From an uncultured delta proteobacterium (lineage in GTDB: Bacteria; Myxococcota_A; Polyangia; Fen-1088), in contig CAVTRY010000022.1 in assembly GCA_963737265.1 (NCBI GenBank), positions 288,001 to 352,000 of the forward strand: a stretch of 64,000 nucleotides of DNA, in the 5' to 3' direction. The notes below the pieces were generated by a model. The model was not told the origin of the DNA. It saw nothing but the letters and a program-made list of their open reading frames with translations, and did no database searches. Positions 12,699-21,748 of the stretch are shown one piece after another; within the stretch, counting starts at the first letter, position 1, and each line of letters opens with the position of its first letter. Both the position numbers and the translations under genes were made by a program.

Positions 12699-15038
12699 GT
12701 GAAGAACGAATTCGACAGGCATCGCCGTCCGAGCTCCGCCGACGGAGCGACCGCGGGGCTTCCCACGGTCGTGATGGAGGAAGAGTCACTTCTGCGCGTC
12801 GTGCTCAGCAAGATTGATGCGCCGTCGTCGCGATCGCGGACGCCCGTCGACGACGCTGCGGCTCTCATCGAATTGCGCGATGCCTTGGCTGAGGCGAAGC
12901 CCGAGGACCAAGGGCCGTTGCTAGAACAGATGCATCGCATCGAGGCACTATCACGTCAGCGCGGCAAGGGCGAAAGCCCGCCCGTGGATCGCCGGTCGCC
13001 CTATTTCGGGCATCTGCGGTTGCAGCAGGATGGGCGGCGGCGCGATGTGCTCGTCGGTCAGCGCGGCTATGTCGAACCCGGCGGCGGCGTGCAAATCGTC
13101 GATTGGCGTCACGCGCCGGTTTCGCGTCTGTACTATCGCTATGACGAAGGCGACAGTTTCGAAGAACGGCTAGGTGAGCGCGAGGTCGAAGGAGAAATTC
13201 TCGCCCGTCGGACCGTGACCATCGTGGAGGCAGAGCTTCGTCGCGTAGCCAGTGCGCAAGGAATTTTCAGTCGTAATCCGGCTGATGGTACGTGGCGAAG
13301 CACGAGCCCCGGGCACTTTCGTCTGGGCGTGGCCGAATCGTCATCCACCGGGCTGTCGGCGACGGCGACTTCGTCCGCGCCATCGTCGCCCCAGCTTGGC
13401 TTCGAGAGCGACGGCAGCCAGCGCCGGGATCGCTTCCTGCCGGCCATCGCGGCGCTCATCGATCCGCGCCAGTTCGAGCTCATCAGCCGACCTGGCGCCG
13501 GCATCATCGTCGTGCAGGGCTCGGCGGGGAGCGGAAAAACCACCATCGGGCTGCACCGCATCGCCTACTTGAATTTCGCCGAGCCGGCCCGCTTCCAGCC
13601 CGAAAATATGTTGGTGATTGTCTACCAGCGCGCCCTCGCGGCGTACGTTTCGTGTGTCTTGCCAGCCTTGAAAGTACCGAACGTCAAGGTCATGACCTTC
13701 GCGTCCTGGTCCGAGCAGGTTCGCAGAGCGACCCTTGGAAATCTGTCCCGCGGCACCGCGGACAACATCACCGACGCGACGCCGCCACTCGTGATGCGGG
13801 CCAAGTCGCATGGAAGTATGCTACGCATTCTCTCCGACAGGCAGGAGGAGTTGGCGCTGTGGTGCCGGCAAATCCTGACGTCCGAGCTCGCCCAGGCGCC
13901 CGATGTCGACCTTGTTCTGGCCGCCTGGGACGAGACCCGCGGCCCAGTCGATCACCGGGTGACCGGGCTGGCGCGCTGGGTGCGCGAGGCGAAGCTGTCC
14001 CCGGTGGCTCGTACGCGCATCGAGGCCTGCGGCGCGCGCATCCGCCGACGCACGCGCGATGTGGTGGGCGAGTGGTCCGGCCTGCTCACCGATCGTCAGG
14101 CGCTCGGCCGCGGATTCGCCACCCACGCGCCGGGCCTGTTTTCGGGCGGTCAGCTCGACGCAATTCACCGCTGGTGCGTGGATCGCGATCGCTTGCGGAC
14201 TGGATCCGCGAATAGGGACGATGACGACGAGCCGTACGCGCTCGACGTGGAAGATGAGGCGTTGCTTCTGCGCATCCACCAGCTACAACGCGGACCCTTG
14301 CGGGGCCCGAGGGGGCCGCTTGCCTATCACCACCTTATGGTGGACGAGGTGCAGGACTTCGCACCGGTGGAATTGGCCGTGCTGCTTGATTGCACCACAT
14401 CCAGACGATCGATCACCTTGGCCGGCGACACCAACCAGGGCATCGCGCCCGACCATGGCTTCGTCACCTGGAGCGAGATGTTGGCCGAGCTAGGACTACC
14501 CCACGAATGCGTGGAGCCGTTGCGGGTCAGCTACCGTTCGACTCGTCAGATTGTGGATTGCGCGCTTCACGTGCTAGGGCCGCTGCTCGGGGACGAAAGG
14601 CCGCAGGCGCCGCGCCTCGGCGCCGAGGTGGAAAGCTTCGCCTTCGGCTCATCGGGGGAAAGCTGTGAGTTTCTCGTGCGTGTTTTGCGCGATCTGGTGC
14701 GCCACGAGCCTCTGGCCTCGGTCGCGCTTATTGCGCGCCACCCGGAACAGGCGCGCCTTTACTTCGAGGCCTTGTCGACCGCGGAAGTTCCCGGGCTACG
14801 CTTAATTGCCGACCAGGATTTCCCGTTCCGCCCAGGTATCGACGTGACCGACGTCAAGCAGACCAAGGGACTCGAATTCGACATCGTGATTCTGCTGGAA
14901 GCGAACGCGGAGTCCTACCCCGACAACGATCATGCGCGAAGGCTTCTCCACGTCGCCATGACGCGCGCAGCTCACCAGCTGTGGATCACGTACACCGGCA
15001 CGCCATCGCCCCTTCTGCCCGAGGCGCTGCGCTGGTAG
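12699..15038 (+). CDS. HelD-like SF1 (UvrD-family) ATPase, probable RNA polymerase recycling factor
   Basis: SPYFGHL, IVDWRHAPVSRLYY, GSAGSGKT, VDEVQD, AGDTNQ, SYRST, KGLEFD, VAMTRA. Confidence 0.8.
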   Translation: MKNEFDRHRRPSSADGATAGLPTVVMEEESLLRVVLSKIDAPSSRSRTPVDDAAALIELRDALAEAKPEDQGPLLEQMHRIEALSRQRGKGESPPVDRRSPYFGHLRLQQDGRRRDVLVGQRGYVEPGGGVQIVDWRHAPVSRLYYRYDEGDSFEERLGEREVEGEILARRTVTIVEAELRRVASAQGIFSRNPADGTWRSTSPGHFRLGVAESSSTGLSATATSSAPSSPQLGFESDGSQRRDRFLPAIAALIDPRQFELISRPGAGIIVVQGSAGSGKTTIGLHRIAYLNFAEPARFQPENMLVIVYQRALAAYVSCVLPALKVPNVKVMTFASWSEQVRRATLGNLSRGTADNITDATPPLVMRAKSHGSMLRILSDRQEELALWCRQILTSELAQAPDVDLVLAAWDETRGPVDHRVTGLARWVREAKLSPVARTRIEACGARIRRRTRDVVGEWSGLLTDRQALGRGFATHAPGLFSGGQLDAIHRWCVDRDRLRTGSANRDDDDEPYALDVEDEALLLRIHQLQRGPLRGPRGPLAYHHLMVDEVQDFAPVELAVLLDCTTSRRSITLAGDTNQGIAPDHGFVTWSEMLAELGLPHECVEPLRVSYRSTRQIVDCALHVLGPLLGDERPQAPRLGAEVESFAFGSSGESCEFLVRVLRDLVRHEPLASVALIARHPEQARLYFEALSTAEVPGLRLIADQDFPFRPGIDVTDVKQTKGLEFDIVILLEANAESYPDNDHARRLLHVAMTRAAHQLWITYTGTPSPLLPEALRW

Positions 15039-15044
15039 CCGGGC

Positions 15045-15368
15045 CTATCCTTGGAAGAAGCGGTTCAGCGCCCAGACTTCTCGGGCGCGCAGTCCCTGAA
15101 AGCGAATACCCATGCCGGCAGGTTGGTCTGGGCCACCAGGTTCGATCCATCGTACTTCGCCGCTGACCTCGATGGGCTCGGGTTGGGTTGGAATGCGGAA
15201 GCGGACCTGCAACCGGGTTTGCAGCGGAAAGGTCGTGCTGGTCTCAACGAACAAGCCACCCAAGGAAATGTTCCCGGTGGTAGCGGTACATTTTTGCTCG
15301 CCGGCAAGGACTTCAACATCCAAACGACGTGCATAGCGGGGATCTGTGCGACGAAAGTGATCTGACAC
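15045..15368 (-). CDS. Stand-alone PilZ-domain protein (TIGR02266-like)
   Basis: RTDPR (RxxxR), NISLGG, GEVRW, GMGIRF. Confidence 0.85.
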   Translation of the reverse strand: MSDHFRRTDPRYARRLDVEVLAGEQKCTATTGNISLGGLFVETSTTFPLQTRLQVRFRIPTQPEPIEVSGEVRWIEPGGPDQPAGMGIRFQGLRAREVWALNRFFQG

Positions 15369-15613
15369 CTGGGACCTCGTGGACGGCGTGAGACTGACCC
15401 GTCCGACAGAGGCAGTTTAAGGACAGTTAGCCGGCGAATCAATCGCTTCCACAGATCCCCAATCTTTCCGGCGCAGTGTGCCTCACGAGAATGCGCAGCA
15501 GCGGTCAGCTAAGCACTGTCTTTCCTGACAGAATTGGGTAGTATGAGCCCCATCAGGCGGCAGCAGGTAGCTGTCGACCAGTTTTCATCAACCCCCTCGC
15601 CTCAGTACGACCC

Positions 15614-16204
15614 ATGGACAAGGACCAAGAGCGCAGTTTCCTCGGGATTCTCGCGCGGGCCTTGGTTTCGCTGCCCTTCGATCTGAAGGTCCTCCTTGAG
15701 GCGGTATCGGATCCTGACCTCGAGCACGACGCTCGCGAAATCGCCGCGGCCGCCGTGGTGTACGTCATTACCGCGCGCGAAGGAAACGTCGAACCCTACC
15801 TTCGTTACAGCGAGGACGCGATCATGCTTCGCTTGGCAGCCCGGCGCGTGGTCGACAAAGGCGGTGAGAGCGCGCCGGCCTTCCGCGATCGTTTTGCCGA
15901 GGAGTTTGCCCGCTTTTCCGACGAGCTGGCGGTGCTCGAAGGCGCCTGCGGCCCGGCACTGGTAGGCTGGCTCGACAGCCGGTGGCCGTCCCTGCGCAAG
16001 GGAGGCTACGCCCGCAAGAAGATTTCGCTGTTCGTCGACGATCAAGACGTGGGCACGTTCTTGTACGACGAAGGCCTCAAGTTCGGAACTAACTACCCGA
16101 TTTCTGAGAAAAGCCTGGCCGGCAGGTTGAAGCAGGCCCAGCCCGTCCTCGACCACATGCAAAAGAAGTGGGATCAGGACAAGAAGAAGATTCCCCAGAC
16201 GTAG
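15614..16204 (+). CDS. Hypothetical protein (YkvA/DUF1232-like helical region)
   Basis: Clean ORF with host-like codon usage; AAAAVVYVI...YSEDAIML resembles DUF1232. Confidence 0.6.
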   Translation: MDKDQERSFLGILARALVSLPFDLKVLLEAVSDPDLEHDAREIAAAAVVYVITAREGNVEPYLRYSEDAIMLRLAARRVVDKGGESAPAFRDRFAEEFARFSDELAVLEGACGPALVGWLDSRWPSLRKGGYARKKISLFVDDQDVGTFLYDEGLKFGTNYPISEKSLAGRLKQAQPVLDHMQKKWDQDKKKIPQT

Positions 16205-16276
16205 GGTTCGGCGATCGAGGTAGGTTCGACCGAGTGGGCTCTGGCAAGTAGGTTTGCAAGCAGGTTTTACTGATGC

Positions 16277-17197
16277 ATGAGGAAGCTGTGCCGTTTGGCA
16301 CGGGAACCGATGCGATTCTTGGATGTGGCAAGCCGCATTGCCAATACCGGGATCGCAGCCGCCGCCGAGGTGACCCAGGCGGCACGATTGGTGGCGCACG
16401 ATCTTGCTGCACTGCCACCCGCGCGCGCGCGCCAAGCCATCGAGCAAGTGATTCTGGGACCCCACGCCCAGCTCGGCTTGCAATGGCTGCACGACGCGGG
16501 CGCCTTGGCAGTCCTGCTGCCCGAGCTCGACGCCACGGTGGATTTTTCGCAGGAGGCTGGACGTCGGCACAAGGACGTCTGGGAACACACGAAACAAGTC
16601 GTCGTGCAATCGCCGCCACGGCCGCTCGTGCGCTGGGCGGCCTTGCTCCACGACGTCGGCAAGGTTCCGACGCGGGTGATGTTGCCCGACGGAAAGGTAA
16701 CGTTCCACCGCCACGCCGAGCTCGGGGCTCGCATGGTTGGCGCAGTCGCGCGCCGCCTTGGATTCGAGCGCGGCGAACGGCAAAAGATTCGCGCGCTCGT
16801 GCTCTACCACCTGCGCGCCAACGCCTACGCGCCGGCGTGGACGGATGCGGCGGTGCGTAGATTCGACCACGAGATGGGTGATGCGCTCGGAGATTTGATC
16901 GATCTGTCGCGCGCCGACGTGACCTCGGCGCGGCCGGGGCGAAAGGAAGAAGCCGCGCGCAACATTGAGGCGCTTCTGCAAAGAATTCTGGCGGTGCGCG
17001 AGCTCGACGCGCGCATGCCGCCCCTTCCCCCCGGCGTCGGCAACGCCATCATGGAAGCGTTCCAGCTTCCGCCTTCCCGGCGCATCGGAGAGCTGCGCAA
17101 GATGTGCGAGGACGCCATCCTGCGCGGCGAGCTCGACGAGCGTCAGCCGTCCGAGTACTACGTGGAGTTTTTGCGAAAGTCCGGGATCGCCGGCTAA
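16277..17197 (+). CDS. HD-domain phosphohydrolase resembling the body/HD/tail part of a CCA-adding enzyme
   Basis: LAVLLPEL, HKDVWEHT, LLHDVGK, HAELGA, HLR, RAD, GNAIM...IGEL; no nucleotidyltransferase head is visible. Confidence 0.75.
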   Translation: MRKLCRLAREPMRFLDVASRIANTGIAAAAEVTQAARLVAHDLAALPPARARQAIEQVILGPHAQLGLQWLHDAGALAVLLPELDATVDFSQEAGRRHKDVWEHTKQVVVQSPPRPLVRWAALLHDVGKVPTRVMLPDGKVTFHRHAELGARMVGAVARRLGFERGERQKIRALVLYHLRANAYAPAWTDAAVRRFDHEMGDALGDLIDLSRADVTSARPGRKEEAARNIEALLQRILAVRELDARMPPLPPGVGNAIMEAFQLPPSRRIGELRKMCEDAILRGELDERQPSEYYVEFLRKSGIAG

Positions 17198-17232
17198 CCT
17201 GGCCGCGCGGCGAATCGTTTCACGCTGGCGTC

Positions 17233-17249
17233 TTGGCGCGGGTTGTGCC
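17233..17249 (+). promoter_or_regulatory. Putative sigma54 (-24/-12) promoter of the SRP RNA gene
   Basis: TTGGCGCGGGTTGTGC gives GG-N10-GC; the predicted start (about 17260) matches the 5' end of the SRP stem. Confidence 0.5.
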
Positions 17250-17260
17250 AAAAAGGTGCC

Positions 17261-17342
<82 letters not shown>

Positions 17343-17489
17343 ACTGATTTTGCGGCGAGAATCGGCGAGCCTCGCCGTCGACCACGCCTTCCGGCACTTC
17401 GCGGCTCGCGACAGCCGAGCCAGCCAAGCTCATCTACTACCTCCGAGATTCTTCGCGTGGCGCGACGATTCTCCAGGACGAGCCAGCCC

Positions 17490-17533
17490 AGGCAAGGCAG
17501 GCAAGGCAGGCAAGGCATGGCAAGGCAGGCAAA
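17490..17533. repeat. Tandem 9-bp repeat (AGGCAAGGC), about 4.5 copies
   Basis: aggcaaggc aggcaaggc aggcaaggc atggcaaggc aggcaaa read directly. Confidence 0.85.
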
Positions 17534-17606
17534 GCGGCAGGATCAAAGGCCCGAGGGCACGCGACCTGCTAAGCTCCATCGGCAGACATTACTGCAAGGA
17601 GAATGG

Positions 17607-17870
17607 ATGCCCCGCCTAGTCAAGTGCGCCAAGCTCGGGCAAGAGCTGCCTGGGATCGCCTACAAGCCGTTCAACAACGAGCTTGGACAGAGGATCTATG
17701 ACAACGTCTCGCAACAAGCGTGGATGATGTGGATCGAATTTTCCAAGCGCATCGTCAATGAGTTCCGCCTGGACATGGGGTCCCCCGAAGGACAGCGGCT
17801 CCTGCTCGAACAGGCCGAGCAATTCCTGTTTGGCCCGGGCGGCAGCAATCCCCCGGATTTTGTGCCGTAA
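17607..17870 (+). CDS. yggX: Fe(II)-trafficking / oxidative damage protection protein YggX
   Basis: MPRLVKCAKL, ELGQRIYDNVSQQAW, IVNEFRL, FVP end; AAGGAG RBS. Confidence 0.88.
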   Translation: MPRLVKCAKLGQELPGIAYKPFNNELGQRIYDNVSQQAWMMWIEFSKRIVNEFRLDMGSPEGQRLLLEQAEQFLFGPGGSNPPDFVP

Positions 17871-17888
17871 GGCTCTAGACCACGATTC

Positions 17889-18752
17889 ATGCCGGAAGTA
17901 AAGGGAAGCAAGGGCGTAGGGGCTGTGCCAGCCGAGGCGTCAGGCAGTCGAGCATCGGCGTCCTATCCGACCGCAAGCAACGTCCCGCGAATTGTAGAGG
18001 GGCCGCGCGCTCCGCGCATCCCCGTGGTGGCGCACGTCAAGCTCGGCTACGACAGCATTCTCGATTTTCACGCGAGCCAATCGCTCAACATTAGCCGTTC
18101 GGGGATGTTCGTGGCGTCCGACCGGCCGGGGCCCGTGGGCTCCATCGTCGAATTCGAGTTCGCTCTCGCGGATGGCTTGTCCCTGCTCAAGGGAAAGGGC
18201 GAGGTGGTGCGAGTCACCACCGGCCCGGTGCCGGGCATGGGCGTGCGCTTTCGCGAGCTCGACGACAAAAGCCGCAGATGCATCGAGCGTATCGTGGCAA
18301 CCAACGAACAAGAAGGCCGAGTTTCTCACATACCCCTCGACTTTACCGGCGGGGCATCGATCCTCGATACCGAGGTCTCGACACCGGCCCCGCTTGGGCC
18401 GCGCGGCGCGCATCCGCTTCGCGGTGCCACGCGGGTGCAGCCCGGCCTTTCGGTCAACGGGCGCAGTCTGGAAATACGCCTCACGCCTCTGACAGTTGGC
18501 TATTTCACCAACAACCCGCTCATCAATATTCGCCTCGGTGGGTTCGTCATTCCGATCGATGACGAGGTTTCCCTGGGCGGTGCCTTCGACGTCGCGATTA
18601 TGGACATGGACGGGATATCGCTGTTTCACGGTAAGGGGAAGGTCGTGGCCAAGCACGAGCATCGTATCGGCATTCGCCTTAGCGAAGTGGACAAGGGCGT
18701 GCTGGCACGCCTGCAGGCGGAGGTCGGCAAGTTGAGCCCGGGCGGTCGCTAG
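17889..18752 (+). CDS. PilZ/TIGR02266-family protein with a second PilZ-like C-terminal domain
   Basis: RAPRIP, NISRSGMFV, GEVVR, GMGVRF; second half NIRLGGFVI...GKVV...IGIRL. Confidence 0.8.
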   Translation: MPEVKGSKGVGAVPAEASGSRASASYPTASNVPRIVEGPRAPRIPVVAHVKLGYDSILDFHASQSLNISRSGMFVASDRPGPVGSIVEFEFALADGLSLLKGKGEVVRVTTGPVPGMGVRFRELDDKSRRCIERIVATNEQEGRVSHIPLDFTGGASILDTEVSTPAPLGPRGAHPLRGATRVQPGLSVNGRSLEIRLTPLTVGYFTNNPLINIRLGGFVIPIDDEVSLGGAFDVAIMDMDGISLFHGKGKVVAKHEHRIGIRLSEVDKGVLARLQAEVGKLSPGGR

Positions 18753-18816
18753 CGTCGCCCAGCTCGACCGCTATTCCCCGTCGACTGTTCTGGCGTGAGT
18801 CGTTACACTAGGGCGC

Positions 18817-19791
18817 GTGACTTCCCAAAAGGCGAAAGAATCCGAGACCGGGGACGACGCGCAAGACAAGACCGACAAGGCGCGGGCGCGTCTGGCCAGT
18901 TTGGGGCGCAACGACGCCTGTCCCTGCGGATCGGGGAAAAAATACAAGAAGTGCCACCTGGCCGAGGATGAGGGTGCCACCGTTGCGCCGCCCGCCGCGC
19001 CTGATCCCGAACTGATGCTGACCGAGGGTTGGAGATTATTCGAGCAGCGCCGGCCGGGCGCCGCGGAGAAGGAATTCCGGGCAGCGCTGGCCCTGCGACC
19101 AGAGTGGGCCGACGCGCTGGCTGGGATCGGACTTGCACGCCTGCAGTCGGGCGATAACGACGGTGCGCGCAAGGAGTTTGGCGAGGTTCAGCGGGTGTGC
19201 GAGAAAGTCGCGACTGAATTGCGTGACTCGGGCGCCAAGGACGCGTTTACGCGCAAGGAAGCGCAGGCCTACATTCGATCGTGCCATGCGCTTGGATGCT
19301 TGGCCTTCGACGAGAAGAAATACGAAGAGGCATTGGTTGAGCTCGAGCGGGTCTATGCCGTGGACGAGGGGCCGGTGGGAACCGAGGCTCGCCTCATCGC
19401 CGGTATCGCCTTCATCAAGCTCGATCGAGCCGCCGAGGCGGTGCCCGTGCTCGAGGTCGCGGCGAAATCAGAATCCGGGACCGGGCGTGCACCCATGAGT
19501 CTGGCGCTGGCGCACTTTCTCGCCGGAAATTCCAAGTCCGCCGAAGAAGCGCTCGACAAAGCCCTTTCCGCCAATGGCAGCCTCGGCAAAGTCCTGCTCG
19601 GTCGCATCCCCAAGCGATCGGTGAATCTGGGCACAGCGACGCCTGGCAGTCGCGAGGAGGCGTTTGGCTACGTGCAGACTTACGGCGACGCGTGGGAAGC
19701 GCCCGCCAAGAAGTTCCTCGACGGCTACCTCGAGGCGCGGGCCGAAATCCGCAAAGGTTCGGCGGCCGATGCCGTAGCCAACGAGGACTGA
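18817..19791 (+). CDS. SEC-C zinc-motif plus TPR-repeat protein
   Basis: GRNDACPCGSGKKYKKCH followed by TPR-like helices. Confidence 0.85.
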   Translation: MTSQKAKESETGDDAQDKTDKARARLASLGRNDACPCGSGKKYKKCHLAEDEGATVAPPAAPDPELMLTEGWRLFEQRRPGAAEKEFRAALALRPEWADALAGIGLARLQSGDNDGARKEFGEVQRVCEKVATELRDSGAKDAFTRKEAQAYIRSCHALGCLAFDEKKYEEALVELERVYAVDEGPVGTEARLIAGIAFIKLDRAAEAVPVLEVAAKSESGTGRAPMSLALAHFLAGNSKSAEEALDKALSANGSLGKVLLGRIPKRSVNLGTATPGSREEAFGYVQTYGDAWEAPAKKFLDGYLEARAEIRKGSAADAVANED

Positions 19792-19833
19792 CGTGGGGCC
19801 GGGTGTGGCGAGGCAGGGTGCGAGGTAGAGCGG

Positions 19834-20262
19834 ATGACTCCCAACAAGTCGACACCACCAACACCTCCCATACCGAGCTCGCCGCATGAGCGCCGAGCCT
19901 CGCGCCGCAATCCGATCCACGTTCGCGTGCACCTCTCCGACACCTACGGCAGCTTTCTCGGCCGTAGCGTGGACGTCAGTCGAGGAGGCTTGTTCGTGCT
20001 CAGCAGCGAGACGCGCAGGGTGGGAACGCTCTTGCGGATCCGCGTGCTGGGGCCGCGCGGCGAGGCCGTCTTTGCCGTGGGGGTCGTGGTGCGCTGCTTT
20101 GCCGACCTTGAAGGCAGTAGTGAAGGCGCGCCGACCCCGGCCATGGCCATCGCGCTAACGTCGACCAGCGAGGCCTGGGATCGCTTTTGGGATGACGTCA
20201 ACGCCAGCGACGACGGCGAGGACGAGGATGGCGGAGGCGGCGAGAGCGGGGATCTGCCGTGA
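19834..20262 (+). CDS. PilZ-domain protein
   Basis: ERRASRR, DVSRGGLFV, GVVVR, acidic tail. Confidence 0.75.
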   Translation: MTPNKSTPPTPPIPSSPHERRASRRNPIHVRVHLSDTYGSFLGRSVDVSRGGLFVLSSETRRVGTLLRIRVLGPRGEAVFAVGVVVRCFADLEGSSEGAPTPAMAIALTSTSEAWDRFWDDVNASDDGEDEDGGGGESGDLP

Positions 20263-20690
20263 GCGGCGGGCTGGTTTTCCCCGTTTCCCAGGACAAGGTC
20301 ACGGCGCTGCGGATACGCATGCTGGGTCTTGGGATTCGCGAAGACGACCTAAAGGAGACCTTCGTCACCTCGCAGGGCAAGGGCGGACAGAATGTGAACA
20401 AGGTTTCCACCTGCGTGGTGCTGGTGCACGGCCCGAGCGGCCTGCGCATCAAATGTCAGCAAGAACGCTCGCAGGGGCTGAATCGCTACCTTGCGCGCAA
20501 GCTGCTTGCCGACAAGATCGAAGCGGTGAAACTGGGCGCCGAGAGCAAACGCGTACAGGAAGTCGAGCGCATCCGCCGGCAAAAGCGCCGCCGATCGCGG
20601 CGCGCCAAGAATCGCATGCTGGCGGACAAACACGCTCGTTCCGCGGTCAAGTCGCTGCGCGGGACCGTGGGCAGCCGCGATAGCGACTGA
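20259..20690 (+). CDS. Small GGQ peptidyl-tRNA hydrolase (release-factor-like ribosome rescue factor)
   Basis: SQGKGGQNVNK, CQQERSQGLNR, very basic C-terminal tail; no codon-recognition domains. Confidence 0.85.
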   Translation: MSGGLVFPVSQDKVTALRIRMLGLGIREDDLKETFVTSQGKGGQNVNKVSTCVVLVHGPSGLRIKCQQERSQGLNRYLARKLLADKIEAVKLGAESKRVQEVERIRRQKRRRSRRAKNRMLADKHARSAVKSLRGTVGSRDSD

Positions 20691-21062
20691 TTAGACAGTG
20701 GCCTTGCCCGTTCGGTTCAGGCGGACAGCAGCGGAGGTGGGATGTCCGGGACAGGCGGGCGGGTTGAGCTTGCGCAATTCCATGCGAAAGCCCGCCATGG
20801 GAAAGCGTGCGCCCAAGGCATCAAGCATGCGCCCGGCCAGGGATTCAATCAGGTGGTGCGTTTCCGACGTGCCGAGCTCGACGACGATCTCCGCCACGGC
20901 ACGATAGTCGATAGTGTCGTCGAGACTGTCGCTCGCCTGTGCTTTGTCGAGCGGCGAGTCGATCTCGATGTCGACCTCGAAGGTGCGCAGGCTGCGCCGT
21001 TCGGACTCGGTGGCGCCGTGACGGCCTTCAAATGCGATCCTGGAAAGGATCAGCGTGGGCAT
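20691..21062 (-). CDS. folB: Dihydroneopterin aldolase
   Basis: GRHGATESER, DSLDDTIDY, LIESLA, K..P. Confidence 0.9.
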   Translation of the reverse strand: MPTLILSRIAFEGRHGATESERRSLRTFEVDIEIDSPLDKAQASDSLDDTIDYRAVAEIVVELGTSETHHLIESLAGRMLDALGARFPMAGFRMELRKLNPPACPGHPTSAAVRLNRTGKATV

Positions 21063-21089
21063 GGCGATGGCGAAGCTTCGAGCGCAGCG

Positions 21090-21611
21090 CTAGATCGCTT
21101 CGGTCTGGCTTTCTTTGCGCATCCTGCGCTTGATGATCTGGCGCTTCACTGGACCCACCATGTCGATGAGCAACCGGCCGGTCAAGTGATCGATTTCGTG
21201 CTGCAAGGCCCGCGCGAACAGCGCCTCGCCTTCAACCTCGAAGGTCTTGCCGTCCGCGTCCTGGGCACGAACCCGCGCCCGCTGGCCGCGTTTGACCGCC
21301 ACGAAAACGCCCGGAAACGACAGGCAGCCTTCGTCGCCGGTTTGTTCTTCGTCGGAGAGAGCAACGATTTCTGGGTTGGCGAGCACCAGCGGCGGCTCTT
21401 CGGTGGTCCGACCGGCGACCTCGGCATCGATGATAAACAGGCGCAACGGCTCGCCAACTTGGATCGCCGCCAGCCCGGCCCCTTCGGCCAGGTACATGGT
21501 GTCTTTCATGTCCGCCACGAGCTGATGCAAGCCCGGCCCGAAGCTTTCCACTGGCAACGAAGCCCTGCGCAGCAGCGGGTCGGGATAACGTAGAATCGGA
21601 CGGATCGCCAT
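21090..21611 (-). CDS. def: Peptide deformylase
   Basis: GAGLAAIQVG, EGCLS, QHEIDHL. Confidence 0.96.
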   Translation of the reverse strand: MAIRPILRYPDPLLRRASLPVESFGPGLHQLVADMKDTMYLAEGAGLAAIQVGEPLRLFIIDAEVAGRTTEEPPLVLANPEIVALSDEEQTGDEGCLSFPGVFVAVKRGQRARVRAQDADGKTFEVEGEALFARALQHEIDHLTGRLLIDMVGPVKRQIIKRRMRKESQTEAI

Positions 21612-21695
21612 GGAGCTTACAGAATGACATCCGACGGGGAAGCAAGCAAGCGTGCCGGGCACCGACGGGAGGAGCAAGGTTGCTCTCCCCGCGCG

Positions 21696-21724
21696 TTGAC
21701 AAGCCCGGATTCGGTTCGTACGTT
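21696..21724 (+). promoter_or_regulatory. Putative sigma70 promoter of ribA
   Basis: TTGACA-N17-TACGTT. Confidence 0.55.
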
Positions 21725-21748
21725 TAGCCGCGACAGGCTGAGTTCGCC

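Noticed and set aside
12622-12700. Rifamycin-associated element upstream of the HelD-like gene
   Set aside because: No convincing palindrome is visible, so a HelR-type resistance role is unsupported
15369-15613. Possible ncRNA between divergent genes
   Set aside because: No recognisable structure or consensus; the length fits two promoters
16240-16258. CTGGCAAGTAGGTTTGCA, a sigma54-like site before the HD gene
   Set aside because: The GG-to-GC spacing is 11 nt, not the strict 10
17490-17533. Possible CRISPR array
   Set aside because: The units are 9 bp with no spacers, and there are no cas genes in the window
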